A stretch of 61,858 bases of DNA, the filler included, from Asterionella formosa (taxonomy: Eukaryota), in the NCBI GenBank assembly GCA_002256025.1. It is 14 parts of 14 records of this genome, joined end to end, with 100 filler letters (N's around TTAATTAATTAA, not from the genome) between each part and the next. Parts side by side here need not be neighbours in the genome. Positions count along the whole stretch, not along the records: positions 35,485 to 39,811 come from NKIB01013595.1; positions 39,912 to 44,223 come from NKIB01013596.1; positions 44,324 to 48,635 come from NKIB01013597.1; 11 more parts are not named here. One strand, written 5' to 3'. The notes below the pieces were generated by a model that saw only the letters and a list, made by a program, of their open reading frames with translations, ran no database searches and was not told where the DNA came from. Positions within the stretch are counted from its first letter, which is position 1, and each line of letters opens with the position of its first letter. Both the position numbers and the translations under genes were made by a program. Of the stretch, positions 35,485-47,830 are shown one piece after another.

Positions 35485-36500
35485 CTTATAAAATACTCGA
35501 ATCCTCAGCACTGAAAGAACTTGTTGCAATAATGATTGTCCAACACTTGCTTTGAAATTGTCCTTTCCCCTTTTTTTGCGCCAGTGGCAAACTCCTAACC
35601 CTAAACCTAAGGAACGTATCATGGCACCTGCACCCTCATCCTTAGGTAGGGGGGGGAGGCGTGCGTGCCATTCACCATTTGGACCAGTCCACATTTTTGA
35701 AAGGAAAAAAAATGTTCAAAAATAGCTTCATCCTGCCAAAGAAAAATCACAATAGGAGGTTCACCTGGAGGTTGCTCGCCTTATGCTTAATTCACCTCCA
35801 AAAGCAAAGCATCCATGCAAGATTGAAAAGCTATTGAGCTAGTATCAATGTGATATCATTCCACCATGCATGTCTACACAATCCTGAACACAGTAGTGAT
35901 ACCCACAACCCATACCAATCTGATGTGACTGCTCTAGGCAGTTCACATGATTCAACTAAGCTGACACAGATCCAACAATGAGCAAGCAACTCAAGTTCCA
36001 AATATGCCCTAGTATACTAGTATATAGGTCTACTATACTAAGCCAGAGTTTCAGGGTGGTCATGCCCATCAACAAAGTATTGCTTCTCTTGTCTTTTGTA
36101 CCGGAACCCCACTGCATGCATCCATCTAGATATGGTAGACATGTGCAAGCTTGCAATGCCATGCCTCCTTAGGAACTCATCCTTTTCCTCAGCTATAATA
36201 TCTGCTGCTTGTTGCAGTACCAGGACCTCACCATGATTATTGTTTAGCTGGTCTTGTCCTCTGCAGCTCAAATGTCTCATTTACCCCCTTTTAATCAGTT
36301 TAGGCAAAAGTTTTTCCATGTCATATTCATGCATCGTCTCCTTGAGAGAAAGTTCTTTAAGATGCTGAACTCCAAACATTCTGAAGGCTTCTCAGGCATC
36401 AGGGTTTCCCGAAAAGTAGCAGTGCATTAAGATTTTACTAGCTGGAGCTTTTCCATAAGCATCCTTTCTGTTCAGGGCCAACTTCCTATGCCAAAACTGC
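35485..36500 (-). pseudogene. Degenerate Tc1/IS630-like DDE transposase (the 'YVDGHE' type)
   Basis: STISRWMHAVGFRYKRQEKQYFVDGHDHPET.AYR, IFLWQDEAIF and WTGPNG...LPKDEGAGAM, with many stops and strong CpG loss. Confidence 0.6.
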
Positions 36501-38575
36501 AGGGTCCTCCAAATATTATAGATTTCTATTCTTCAGTCATTCATATCACTTATAATATGCTCAATGCTCTGTCTCCACCACACCATCAAGCCACATATGA
36601 TGTGTTCCTTGGTGTACCTCTGACACAAACTTTCACAATGCCATGGCAATGTAAAACTGACACAAACTTTCATAATGCCATGGCAATGTAAAGACTTTGC
36701 TGCCTTATTCTATGGATGTCATGTTCAGAGCATGTTCTGTGAGGGTCTCCACCATCTACCACCAATCTCGAAGATGCTGCTTGTTGGCCATTGAGTTTGT
36801 CAAGGATATCAATCCTGTTCAAAACAATTCCTTCTAAAACATTGACATCCTACTCCTACTTTTTTTATGTCCTTTCAATTTCCTGACATCTCCAGAATCC
36901 CTCCAGCTATACCAATCTTTAAAATGATTTCAACTTGATCCTCCTATAAAATAGTCATATCCATTTTGTCTAATGGAGTGGATTTTTGTTGTTTGTGAAA
37001 TTCCAAAAGTGAACTATTGGCATCTTGTCAGTGGGTCAGCCACCATGGAAGGCAGGAAACTTGAGGCAAAGGTTGCTTAATTCCCATGCTGCTTCAACAG
37101 TGGCGGAAAAGATGATTGGAGCAAGTGACTTTATGTTTGCATGGAAGTGCTGGTGTGGCTGACATGCTGTCCTGGTGCTGCTGCCAGAAATCTGGACTGT
37201 GTTGCCTGAAAAAGACACATCACCAAAGTTCTTGTTGATGGTCCACATCATTGAAGCTTTTTTGAGATTCAGTTCATCCTCAAGTCTGAATTTGGAGTTT
37301 ATATACTCCAACAACTTGTCAAAATACATCCAAAAGTCACCATGAAGACAATGATCCTCCAAGGCTCATCCTAAAACAAAATAACTCAATATGAGTGCAT
37401 TTTGTGTCTTCCCATGCTGCTTCAAGTGGTTTCAAGTCATGTCATGGGTTTTAATAGAGTTTCCAAAATTGAAGCAGCATGGGAGATCAATCAGTTGTTA
37501 AGAAAAGCAAAAGAATGTGAACAACATGGTGGAGAGCAGCAACAATGCAAGCAAGCATTCTGATGTGATGGTTTAAATTATTTTAGGGATAGTGATAAAC
37601 TGTAGTACTAATCCAACTAAGACTACCCGGTGGCCCTAAAAATTGCATCCAGCAGCCATACAAAAAATATTCTCAATGGGTCATGGCATTTTTACTGGTA
37701 CTACTTGTTTCCACATACCGACATCCTTAGCCAATAGAGGTGACCATGACATTTATTCGGATACAGTTGTAACTTCCATACTTAGCAGAATCAATACGGG
37801 AGAAGAATTGTCTCAACTGGCACAAATATGCCATTCACTCTACCNNNNNNNNNNNNNNNNNNNNNNNNNNNNNNNNNNNNNNNNNNNNNNNNNNNNNNNN
37901 NNNNNNNNNNNNNNNNNNNNNNNNNNNNNNNNNNNNNNNNNNNNNNNNNNNNNNNNNNNNNNNNNNNNNNNNNNNNNNNNNNNNNNNNNNNNNNNNNNNN
38001 NNNNNNNNNNNNNNNNNNNNNNNNNNNNNNNNNNNNNNNNNNNNNNNNNNNNNNNNNNNNNNNNNNNNNNNNNNNNNNNNNNNNNNNNNNNNNNNNNNNN
38101 NNNNNNNNNNNNNNNNNNNNNNNNNNNNNNNNNNNNNNNNNNNNNNNNNNNNNNNNNNNNNNNNNNNNNNNNNNNNNNNNNNNNNNNNNNNNNNNNNNNN
38201 NNNNNNNNNNNNNNNNNNNNNNNNNNNNNNNNNNNNNNNNNNNNNNNNNNNNNNNNNNNNNNNNNNNNNNNNNNNNNNNNNNNNNNNNNNNNNNNNNNNN
38301 NNNNNNNNNNNNNNNNNNNNNNNNNNNNNNNNNNNNNNNNNNNNNNNNNNNNNNNNNNNNNNNNNNNNNNNNNNNNNNNNNNNNNNNNNNNNNNNNNNNN
38401 NNNNNNNNNNNNNNNNNNNNNNNNNNNNNNNNNNNNNNNNNNNNNNNNNNNNNNNNNNNNNNNNNNNNNNNNNNNNNNNNNNNNNNNNNNNNNNNNNNNN
38501 CAAACTTTTGGTTCTCATCACTACAAGGGATCCCCTCCTCTCGTGCTTCCTTACCTATTCCAGTTTCCATCCGCC

Positions 38576-39178
38576 ATGCTTCCTACTCTCCTCCTAAGCC
38601 TTCTCTTTCTCCCCTTTCTTCTGGCCCAGGACTTTTCGTCGACCTACACCTACATGTCGTTCCAAGTCACTGTCACACTCGATGGGGACGCACCGTCCAA
38701 GTGCACCAGGTCACAACGTCTCCGCCTTCGCCATACATTGAAAAATGGGCTCCGTGTTCATGGCAACCAATTTCTTCATAACTATGATTTCAGTGACGAG
38801 TCCAAACTGACGGTGTTTGATTTTGATATTGCAGGAGAACGTGCCGATGGAACAGATCGTCGTCGTTTGACTGAACAAGTCGTACGTCCTGGAAATGCTC
38901 TTCGTCGTCGTACTGCCACTGGTGATGTCGTTTTTACGTACAAGGCAGTTGGAGGATTTATTTGTCCAACCACCTTTTGCCCTCCAAAAACTGTCGAAAA
39001 TCGTCAACTTTCGCCATTCCTTGTGTCAACACAAACGGTTACCATGGATGGTTACATGTCTGAAAAACTGACTGAAGACGTGCGGTTTTGGATCAACAGC
39101 ATGAATACCAACGAAGGGAAAATCAGTTGTCTTGGCAGTGGAATGGACGTTACTGTTGCCTTTGCGCTCCTTGACTAA
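38576..39178 (+). CDS. Secreted 200-aa protein with RRL/RxL motifs
   Basis: Signal peptide MLPTLLLSLLFLPFLLAQ; DRRRL, ALRRR, ENRQL; C..C cluster (ICPTTFCPP). A degenerate duplicate of the 3' end lies at about 39195-39290. Confidence 0.7.
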   Translation: MLPTLLLSLLFLPFLLAQDFSSTYTYMSFQVTVTLDGDAPSKCTRSQRLRLRHTLKNGLRVHGNQFLHNYDFSDESKLTVFDFDIAGERADGTDRRRLTEQVVRPGNALRRRTATGDVVFTYKAVGGFICPTTFCPPKTVENRQLSPFLVSTQTVTMDGYMSEKLTEDVRFWINSMNTNEGKISCLGSGMDVTVAFALLD

Positions 39179-40221
39179 TATGAACTGACTCTCAAGACGT
39201 TGCCGTATTTGGATCAACAGTATGTATGAACAACAACGAAGGGGAAGAAAGTCAGTGGAATGGACGTTACTGTTGCCTTTGCGCTCCTGGAACAGATATA
39301 CTAATTAGACGGGCCCGTACGGGTAAATCCATCCTTATTTATTCACAACAACATTTAGGATAAATTTACTGCTCGTCCTCACTTTCAAAAGTTTGTTGAA
39401 AACCGTAGTTGCTGAATGGAAAAGGCTAAGAGATCCACCAAGGAATTTTGTTTCATGGTTGTAATATATTCAGCCAGATTGATTACCTGGGTTGAGAACC
39501 AGAACTCAAAGGTAAAAAGGTGTACTAGCTGGATACACCGGTACAGTCCTACTACTATATCATCTCGGATACCGCTACATACCCGGTAAGCGTTTTCAGG
39601 GATCATTGCTTACAAAAACGGTACCTGGTACTGGTATACCTCCAACCATACACTGCACTAGTACAGGTAGGTACCGTTAGGTAACCTACCGGTGAGGATA
39701 CTGATAGATTGCTGAAGACAGACTACCAGGTACCTCGTACCCGGTATGCAGGATGTACAATACCGGCATGTGAGCACAGTTGTTAGTACTGCATACCAGT
39801 TACTTCAGTATNNNNNNNNNNNNNNNNNNNNNNNNNNNNNNNNNNNNNNNNNNNNTTAATTAATTAANNNNNNNNNNNNNNNNNNNNNNNNNNNNNNNNN
39901 NNNNNNNNNNNTAAAATGAATTTCATGTGGAGCGCCTACTGATGATCATGTACATGCTACTCCTCTTAATTTGTCAGGCAAGCAGTGGAATGAACAATAA
40001 ATCATGGCTGCTCAATAATTGTTCCTAGGAGGACTTTCTTGGGCCCTTCAATTTCATGTCTTAGCTTGCTTACTAGTAACAGCGCCAGAATTACGAGGCT
40101 ATGCAATGCACAGGCAGTCCAATAGTCTAGTAGTGCATTCTACTCCCTTCAATTGAAACACAGCTGTCATTCAAAGTCAATATTCTACTCTTGTTTATGC
40201 TAGGAAATCAGGAGTGCAACA

Positions 40222-40988
40222 TTAAGCAGAAACATCAGCAGGCTGAGCCATGTGATGCTCAAGGGCCTTGGCATCTGCTTGCCAGCCCTCATGACGAAGT
40301 TGAACTGACATGGCATCTGGGAAGATGCATGTCTTGTGTTCCACCAGCAGTCTGAAAAGCAGATATCACAGTTTTGGCAACTTCACTGGGTGGTGTCTTG
40401 TCAAAAGGGAGATCGTATGCCATTGCAGTATCGATTGATCCAGGGTACACACCAATTGCCAAAGTACTCACCATGTCGTGGCATTGGGCTTGAGTCAAGG
40501 AGTGCAATGCCGCCTTGGAGCAGGCTGCTGAGTATGTGCCACCCAGAGGAAAGTTGACTAGACTTGCAATGGAAGCAATTGGTTTGGTAACAACGAGAAT
40601 TAGCTAGAGAGAAGCTGCAAACAATATTCAATGGAGCAAAGTAGTTGACTTGCATCTCCTGTATTGCACCATTTTCGGGGATGTCTAGAGTTGATGTAGA
40701 TCCAAAGTATCCAGCATTGTTTGCAACAAGATTTACATCAGGATACTGTTCTCCTAGGTTACCAGTTTGCTCATCATCTGCTGTGACATCAAGAGATACT
40801 GCCACAAACCTGCCATTGGATGACAACACAAGGTCCTCCAATTGTGCAGCATCTTGAGCTGTAGCATAGATCTTCTTAGCTCCATCATGTTCAAGCAAGG
40901 CATCAACAAAAGCTCTGCCAATTCCATTATTCTTGTTGGTTCCAGTTACAAAGGCAATGGAGTTGATGATATCAAAGTAATTAGTCAT
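40222..40988 (-). pseudogene. Short-chain dehydrogenase/reductase pseudogene
   Basis: AFVTGTNKNNGIG, VSLDVT, NNAG and VNYFAP, then a frameshift. ASIASLVNFPLGGTYSAACSKAALHSLTQ has disrupted YxxxK spacing. GVYPGSIDTAMA follows. CpG-depleted. Confidence 0.8.
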
Positions 40989-41581
40989 GATGAGTGAAAT
41001 TTTGTTTTGAGATTTTGTTGTTGTGGTTGATGCAGATCTTTTTTTGTTTTGATGGTGTTCAAATCGTGAGCAGACTGAAATTTTTGATGTATCTATAAAT
41101 ATACTGGTAGTTTGCGACAAATGCATACCCATCATTTTATTATAAATTGTACCAGTTGTCTACTTTTGTGTTCATGGAGCTACAATTATCAACTTTGAAG
41201 AATACTTGGAATGAAATAGAAGGCGGAAAGGTTTATCCCAGTATGAAAAGGCATGTAATACATATATAGTGCATGGTAAATATAATGCAGCAACCATGTA
41301 ATGTCATCGCACCACCATCTTCTATAAACAACTAACATTTACCTCTATGCTATAACCATGTATTATTAAATTAGTCTACTATTATATAGTGTACAGTACT
41401 GGTATCATGTATGTATCGAAGATTTGAACCGGAGTTGGCGTTTTGCTCAAGAATTTCATTCTCAGATGGAGGATTATTAATTATGTATGTGAGCATCACA
41501 ACAATAATCGCTCGTCCCCAAAACCCTGCATGTATGAATCACGGTATTCATAGACTAATACTACCGGTATCCTCCTTTGCC

Positions 41582-43870
41582 ATGCCGATGAAGGAGCAAG
41601 GAATTCAAGCGCTTCGTGCTCGTTTCAACTCGCATCTCCCCCAATATGAGGTTCTTTGGAGATCTATGCTGACCAAACGAAAAGGGGAAACCTTGAAACG
41701 ACGAGAGCCTCACTTCCTTTTGACAGCAATTGAAACGAAGACCACCGTAACAATCAATGCGAAAAGGCTATACGACGAGGCTTGCGAGGACTGCGAGGAC
41801 TGTGCTCCTCCCACATTCGAAGAAGTTATTATAGACGAGGCATCGCAATGTACTCCTGCTTCGCAGAGAACAGTGATTGCATTCCAGGACTACTGCAGTA
41901 GCAATGACGAGTCGGACGCAACGCAGCCCACAGTGATCCGAATCAATGATTGCCCTTCCATTGTATCCCATGCTTCAACAGTTAGTCCCGATACTAACCA
42001 CAGCGACGCTTACAACGCGATATCCTTTGACTTGTCAAGAATGGGCATTGCTGACCAGGTTCAACCGAAACAATTCGACGCCAATACATTTCGCTTCGGG
42101 GAGACTACACTCAATTCCCGTGACATTAACGAAGCGACAGATGTATATTCTGGAAAGAAAATCGAATTTTCCAACATGAAGACATTTACTCTCAGCGATT
42201 GCGAAGCTGACGAAAGTCAAGCACAGAGTGCGAACAACGCGTGCAATGCTAGCGATGTCAGCATGAACCTCAAAGCGCCTTTGACATGCGAAAGCGACAA
42301 AGGTTCACCAAGAAGTGAGACGTTGAGAGACATCAACGATGAAGAAATCAAATCTGAATCTACAACTTCGTCTGGGAGTACTGTCGTTCGCTTCGAAATA
42401 AATCATGAGGCAGTAGAAGGCACCAATGATGAAGTAACTGAATCTGACGATACGGACTCTTCGGGAAGTACTGTAGTTCGCTTTGACATCCCATGCTGGG
42501 AGAAAATAAATGACAAGGAATCGATTTACCTCACAAAAAAAAGAGACGAGATCGAAGAACTTCCTGCTCACACTTCAAAATCGTCTCACACGCAGGGACT
42601 CCTTGAGATTGTACCGCATACGCCTATTCAAGTCAACAATGACACAATTGTTCCATCAACTCCTGTGAACTCAAAATATTTGGGGAAAGATGAAATATCT
42701 GAGGATTTGGTTGACACCCCATCACCACTGTTGAGAAGGAAAATCGTATCCCAGATGATCGAGGGTGGCGATTTGGTCGATACACCTTCGCCACAGCCGA
42801 ACGTTTTCAAGTCACGAAGGTCCAATAAAATCTGGAGCGAGTCATCAGGGGAAGACGACGACGACGAAACCGATGAATCTTGGCTTGTGCCAGATACTGA
42901 CGAGAAAGGGGGGACAACAAAACTGGAAGAATCTAGCGACGAAGATTTACAATGGGAGGATGAAGCCGATGAATTTCCAGAGGAAAGTATAAGTGGAGAC
43001 GAAGAACCTGATGATTTCATTGTCTTGTCCAGTGACGATGGTAGCGACAGCGATGGCCTCGGGTCCCTTGGAGTAGCATTTACTGAATTGGCGCTCCGGA
43101 AGCCAAAGTCAAAATCTCGAGCAACTCCCGTGTCATTCCGACGAAATCGAGACGCTCTAACAAAGGCTGCTTTCGAGGAATTTAACATGAAGATATTTGC
43201 TGGCTCTCTCACAAGTGTCAAAATCGAGTGGTCTAAAAAACTCCGAACTACAGGCGGTATTACTCGTCTAAAGAGATTGATACAAGTTGGAAAGGATCCC
43301 GTTCATATTGCTTCTATTGATCTATCAGAGAAGGTCCTGGACGAAGAGCACCGCATGCGTTCGACACTCGTTCATGAAATGTGTCATGCCGCTGCCTGGC
43401 TTGTTGACCGCGTTTCGAAACCTGCACATGGTAGGGTTTTCAAGAAATGGGGACGACTGGCCACGAAAAAGACAAGCATTCCGGTGTTAACAACACACGA
43501 CTATGCAATTCAGTACAAGTTTGCTTGGGCCTGCCAAACTCTGAAATGTGGAGCTGTCATTCAACGGCAAAGTCGAAGTGTTGATGTGGCAAAACAAATT
43601 TGCAGTCGATGTAAGGGAAGACTTGTCGAAATCGAAGCTCCGATGAAAGGGATTAGCGTTTCCGACATGGTAAGGACTCCTAAGAAGAAAGCACCTTTGT
43701 CGGGATACAATTTATTTGTAAAGCAGATGTCAAGCAAAGTCAGGGAACAAATGAATGAAAAGCGAATTCTGGAGGGTAGGGCTGATAATATAGTCACGCA
43801 GCCTGAGGTATTAAGAGAATGCGCTAGACTATGGAATGAGAGAAAAAATGCAGAAGGAACTGCCCCCTAA
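41582..43870 (+). CDS. GCNA: GCNA/ACRC-like protein: acidic disordered N-terminus, SprT metalloprotease, zinc motif, HMG-like C-terminus
   Basis: FEEFNMKIF...IEWSKKLRTTGG...LSEKVLD...TLVHEMCHAAAW...HGRVFKKW; C..KC...RQSRSVD...CSRCKGRL; LSGYNLFVK...LRECARLW. Start uncertain (41411-41588). Confidence 0.85.
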   Translation: MPMKEQGIQALRARFNSHLPQYEVLWRSMLTKRKGETLKRREPHFLLTAIETKTTVTINAKRLYDEACEDCEDCAPPTFEEVIIDEASQCTPASQRTVIAFQDYCSSNDESDATQPTVIRINDCPSIVSHASTVSPDTNHSDAYNAISFDLSRMGIADQVQPKQFDANTFRFGETTLNSRDINEATDVYSGKKIEFSNMKTFTLSDCEADESQAQSANNACNASDVSMNLKAPLTCESDKGSPRSETLRDINDEEIKSESTTSSGSTVVRFEINHEAVEGTNDEVTESDDTDSSGSTVVRFDIPCWEKINDKESIYLTKKRDEIEELPAHTSKSSHTQGLLEIVPHTPIQVNNDTIVPSTPVNSKYLGKDEISEDLVDTPSPLLRRKIVSQMIEGGDLVDTPSPQPNVFKSRRSNKIWSESSGEDDDDETDESWLVPDTDEKGGTTKLEESSDEDLQWEDEADEFPEESISGDEEPDDFIVLSSDDGSDSDGLGSLGVAFTELALRKPKSKSRATPVSFRRNRDALTKAAFEEFNMKIFAGSLTSVKIEWSKKLRTTGGITRLKRLIQVGKDPVHIASIDLSEKVLDEEHRMRSTLVHEMCHAAAWLVDRVSKPAHGRVFKKWGRLATKKTSIPVLTTHDYAIQYKFAWACQTLKCGAVIQRQSRSVDVAKQICSRCKGRLVEIEAPMKGISVSDMVRTPKKKAPLSGYNLFVKQMSSKVREQMNEKRILEGRADNIVTQPEVLRECARLWNERKNAEGTAP

Positions 43871-44097
43871 ACCTATGTGATTGAGGAGTTTTCCCACCAA
43901 CACTCTGCAGTATTATTACTGAACTTTGCCATCACGAAACAAAGTAACACATTCAAAAAGGAGACAATGTTTTATCTGTTAAGTGAATAGTATCTCAAAA
44001 TTGCAAAACCCATATGGTTGCCGATTTAATACTAGGATCTTACCCAATAAAATCGAGCAGAAAGCTAGGACAAACGAAAAAGGAAAAATTGAAAGAT

Positions 44098-44223
44098 TTA
44101 TGCAGTCTCTTCAATTTCATCAGCATCAACCACAGCGGCGGCTTCCTCAGCAGCCGTGGCAACCTCTTTTGGTACTTCGACCTTACCGTGACGAGATGCG
44201 CGGACCTCCATTAGTTCCTCGAC
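44098..44223 (-). CDS. 3' end of an unidentified gene (truncated by scaffold end)
   Basis: Open frame VEELMEVRASRHGKVEVPKEVATAAEEAAAVVDADEIEETA*, with coding-like composition, convergent with GCNA. Confidence 0.55.
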   Translation of the reverse strand, partial: VEELMEVRASRHGKVEVPKEVATAAEEAAAVVDADEIEETA

Positions 44224-44323
44224 NNNNNNNNNNNNNNNNNNNNNNNNNNNNNNNNNNNNNNNNNNNNTTAATTAATTAANNNNNNNNNNNNNNNNNNNNN
44301 NNNNNNNNNNNNNNNNNNNNNNN

Positions 44324-45935
44324 GAGGTCTTTGTCCTTCTAGCCTTCTTCTTGCGCTTTCTTGTCTTTGGCTTGTTCTTGGAGTGGCATCCCTCGTCAGA
44401 TTCGACTGAGTTGTCGTCTTTCTTGGCATCTCCATTGGCGCCAGTCAACTTGTCGACACGAATTGCCCTTCCTTCATTATTCCAGACACTTCTCCACTTA
44501 AATAGATCTTTCTTGATAGAATTGGATTTAATTGTATTGAGTAGGTGTGTGGGGAGGAAAGGAATTTGGTTGTCTTTAGATGATTTAGGTGCGGCTCCAC
44601 CTTTACTTGTAAAAGTTGTTGCATGCCTTGCCTTGGTGGAACTCTCTCGTGAGAATCTTTCCAATTCCTGTTCTCTGCTCCGAATACGTTGAACACACTC
44701 ATCAAAAGTCTTGTTGGTGTCACCACGAAGGTTCTGAACGCAAACATCATAGTCTTCATCCTCAATTTGATCAAGGAATTTAGTCCGTTTTGTTGCTTCA
44801 GTGTAGCCTTCATGTTTATCTTCCAACTTTCGACTGCAGAGAATGAACGTGTTTATGTACTCGTTTGCTTTCACCTTATTGGACAGTCGTAACTCATTGA
44901 GTTGATTCCTGTAGTGATCAATAAGGGTCCTTGATACTTCAGCTTTTCCATACCACATCTTTAATCCAGTCCAGGCATCATGACCACTCTGGAGCCCATT
45001 TGCATCAATTATATGATGTGCAGTCCCCTTATACAATGCTTTCTTCAGCATGTTGTATAATTCACAGTCACGTGCCATACCTACTGTATCAGCTGGTACT
45101 GGCTTGCCTGTATCTGTCAAAAGTGTTGCATATGCCGTCTGCCCAAGTGTTGCACCTGTACCAATGTACCATTCCTCCCAGTCAATTGGATCCCCGGAAA
45201 AATCCTTGAGTGCATCAACATATATTTTCGGGGCCCCACGCGTAGGGTCTACAGGCACGGCTGGTACTGCTGGTACCACTGCTTGTGCCGTAGTGGCCAT
45301 GGGCATGCTTAGTGTCACCATGACATTCTGCATAGTTGTTTGGACGTTTACGACATGTCCTCTTGCGAGAAATGTCCCAAGTCTTGCCAACTTGGGAAGT
45401 AACTGGACGATGTCCGCTTCTTCGAGGACGGAAAGATTGTCTGTATTTGTCACACCGGCGTTTGCGAGTGTTTCCAACTCATGTTGAGTCATTCCAGACA
45501 ATTCCACCACTTTCGGATCCATGGTTCTACTAGTCACTCTTCGTCGGTTCATGAACTAGTAGACTCGGTCTCATTATCTGATAAGATGCTATCTAAAGAC
45601 GAATTGGCCTGTTAGTGCCCTGCTGTAATGGTAGGTCCAACAAGTTGTGACTTGAGGCTGTTCCAGCAGTACTTTTTACTAGGTTAGTATGTATCTACGT
45701 AGATGGTACAACCACGTTGTACCAGTACCCATCAATACTGTGGATATCTGATTCATCAGTTGCAGTAAGCAGTAAGTCACCAATTACCCGGAGAACCCGA
45801 GCAATCTTGTTCCCGTATTTATCAGTTCGACGTTATTTTGTTGCTGAAATATGCTCGAGGTATATAACTAGAGTCTATACATGTGTTCTGGTCGGGAGTA
45901 AAATTATATCTAAATTGAGCAATGTAGATATAACA
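44324..45935 (-). mobile_element. Ty1/copia retrotransposon 5' part: putative LTR (45610-45935) and gag ORF (45552-44324)
   Basis: Gag-like LKDFSGDPIDWEEW...LYNMLKKAL..GTAHHII...SGHDAWTGLKMWY...YINTF...KFLDQI. The 326-bp upstream segment is bounded by TGTTA...TAACA. No canonical tRNA-Met PBS recognised. Confidence 0.75.
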
Positions 45936-46097
45936 TAAACGTCTTCATTCTTTTTGAAAAGGAACTCTGTCAATGTGGCGCCATTTTCTACTCAGTTTAA
46001 ATATTCAAACAGTTACTTGCATCATGGGAATACACAGAAACAAATTCTATGTTCCTCATCAATTTTACAACCCTAGCGATTTTTTCTTCAAACTAGG

Positions 46098-46669
46098 ACG
46101 CCGGGCCGGCTGCAATCGTCAGCCGTGACATTGGCAGTGCCTGCGATGTGGGAGAGGGCACTGTAGTATTGGTAGTAGCGCTGGTGAAGGGCTTGCAGTC
46201 GGAAGAGGAAGGCGGCCTGGACAGTGGTAGAAATGGAACCCCGCTTACACCAGTAGAGTGTCGGGGTGTTGTCTGTAAAGGATTCAATGGCAGACCCTTG
46301 GATGCTGGCATGACTTGCAAGGATGTCATTGTGAGCAACATGACCTGCCAGCTCAAGGTCAGAATTTGTAATGGACCCCTGGGGGATGGCAAAGGAGACC
46401 GGGGATTGGGTGATGGCCAGGGGGAAACGCTGCCTCCAAAGGAGAGGGGGAGTCTGGTTGCCGGTGGAGGTGTAGTCAACTATGGGGCGTGGGCGGTGGG
46501 CCAGTTGGGGGACAACTCCCATGGGGGAGATATGGAGTGTAGGTTCCTGACGGATGGCAGCATAGGGAAGGGCCAACCAATGCCATGCCTTGACCATGTT
46601 TGCCAATTCTTCACGCAGGAAGGCTTGGTGGGCGCATGCAGAGCCATGTGAGCCATAAGCAATAGCCTC
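46098..46669 (-). mobile_element. DIRS/Ngaro-like retroelement remnant (RT N-terminus joined by deletion to RNase H)
   Basis: FLREELANMV..WHWLALPY...LHISPMGVVPQ..HRPRPIVDYT, then ITNSDLELAG...TDNTPTLYW..RGS...LQALHQR...HIAGTANVTADDCSR. Confidence 0.7.
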
Positions 46670-47830
46670 CATCTGCAAATAAAAAGTATCATGCATATAG
46701 GATCAAGGGTATCGTACGCTAAGTGGCACAGGATTTTCGTATATATAAAAATTTTTGGATCAAAAATATGATCAAGGTATCTTGTAACTAGGATGATTTA
46801 TTAATATTTTACCAACCTTGAAGTATAATGATAACAAGAACATAATCATCACACAATGCATATCAACTGATCAACAACATTTCTTATCAATATCATAAGC
46901 CTTCTCATTTCATTTTCAATTCTTGTGATTGCCAAATATAAATCATTACTACAACACATCCTAAAATGAGCTCAACTCTATGCTATCATGTGAATTGTTT
47001 TATCGTATATCTATCTTAATCATGATAATAAAAATAATCACAAGCATTGTTCAAAATAGATTGAAATGAATCGTAATTTAACTATCAAATTTAGCATTGC
47101 TATCTATGATTTTACAGGCCAGCAACCCAATGTCTCTCTCTACTTGGCTCAATGTATATTGTTCCTGTCTTGCGCTTTCCTTCCTCTATTCTGAATCATG
47201 TGTGAGGCGGTGCCAACTAATGTTGCGTCTCTTTTCCTGCTGCTAGTGTCACTCTGAACTCGCCGACTATTCCGTTGTTTGATTGGGTTTATTGTCCTGT
47301 GCATGCAGTTCCAGTTACAATGCGAAGGAATGATTTGTTAGCTAGTCATGTTACATTGACACAAGAACACGCAATTCCTTCATATCCTCTTGCTTCACTT
47401 ACCACAAATCAATGCTACTGATCCATAAGTCTGTAATAGCAACTTGTCAGGAAATTCTTGAATAAGTAAGTTTCGGGTATCCAATGTTGTCGAATAAAAC
47501 TTACCGGTTCTTTTTTGTCCTTGTCCTGCCTCCCAACGATTGTCATCCAAGTACCACTGTCTGCAAATAAAAACTATCATATTTCCATGATGCATCATAG
47601 GATTGTGATCATCTGATCATAATTTTTCCTTAGATCATCTAATAATTTTGATAAATGCCTTTGTAATTTAAATAGTAACCCTTTTGACTACATATATTTT
47701 ATTATTACATGTATTGTTTCTATTTGATTCCTGTATTCGAATTTCTTGGTAGGATAATGTACCAGTTCAAGTAATGTAGTAATTTGGCTCGTCATTTCCA
47801 TCCGTCATCACTCCGATTTTTGCAACAACA
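46670..47830 (+). mobile_element. Two adjacent or nested pieces of the CGTCTGCAAA-terminus element (ends at 46670 and 47558)
   Basis: CATCTGCAAATAAAAAGTATCAT at 46670 and TGTCTGCAAATAAAAACTATCAT at 47558. They are homologous to 27641-28693 and 22189-22463 respectively. Confidence 0.75.

Noticed and set aside
37643..38575. 511-aa ORF and other long ORFs spanning N runs
   Set aside because: Their length comes from translating Ns as X; only 38576-39178 is supported.
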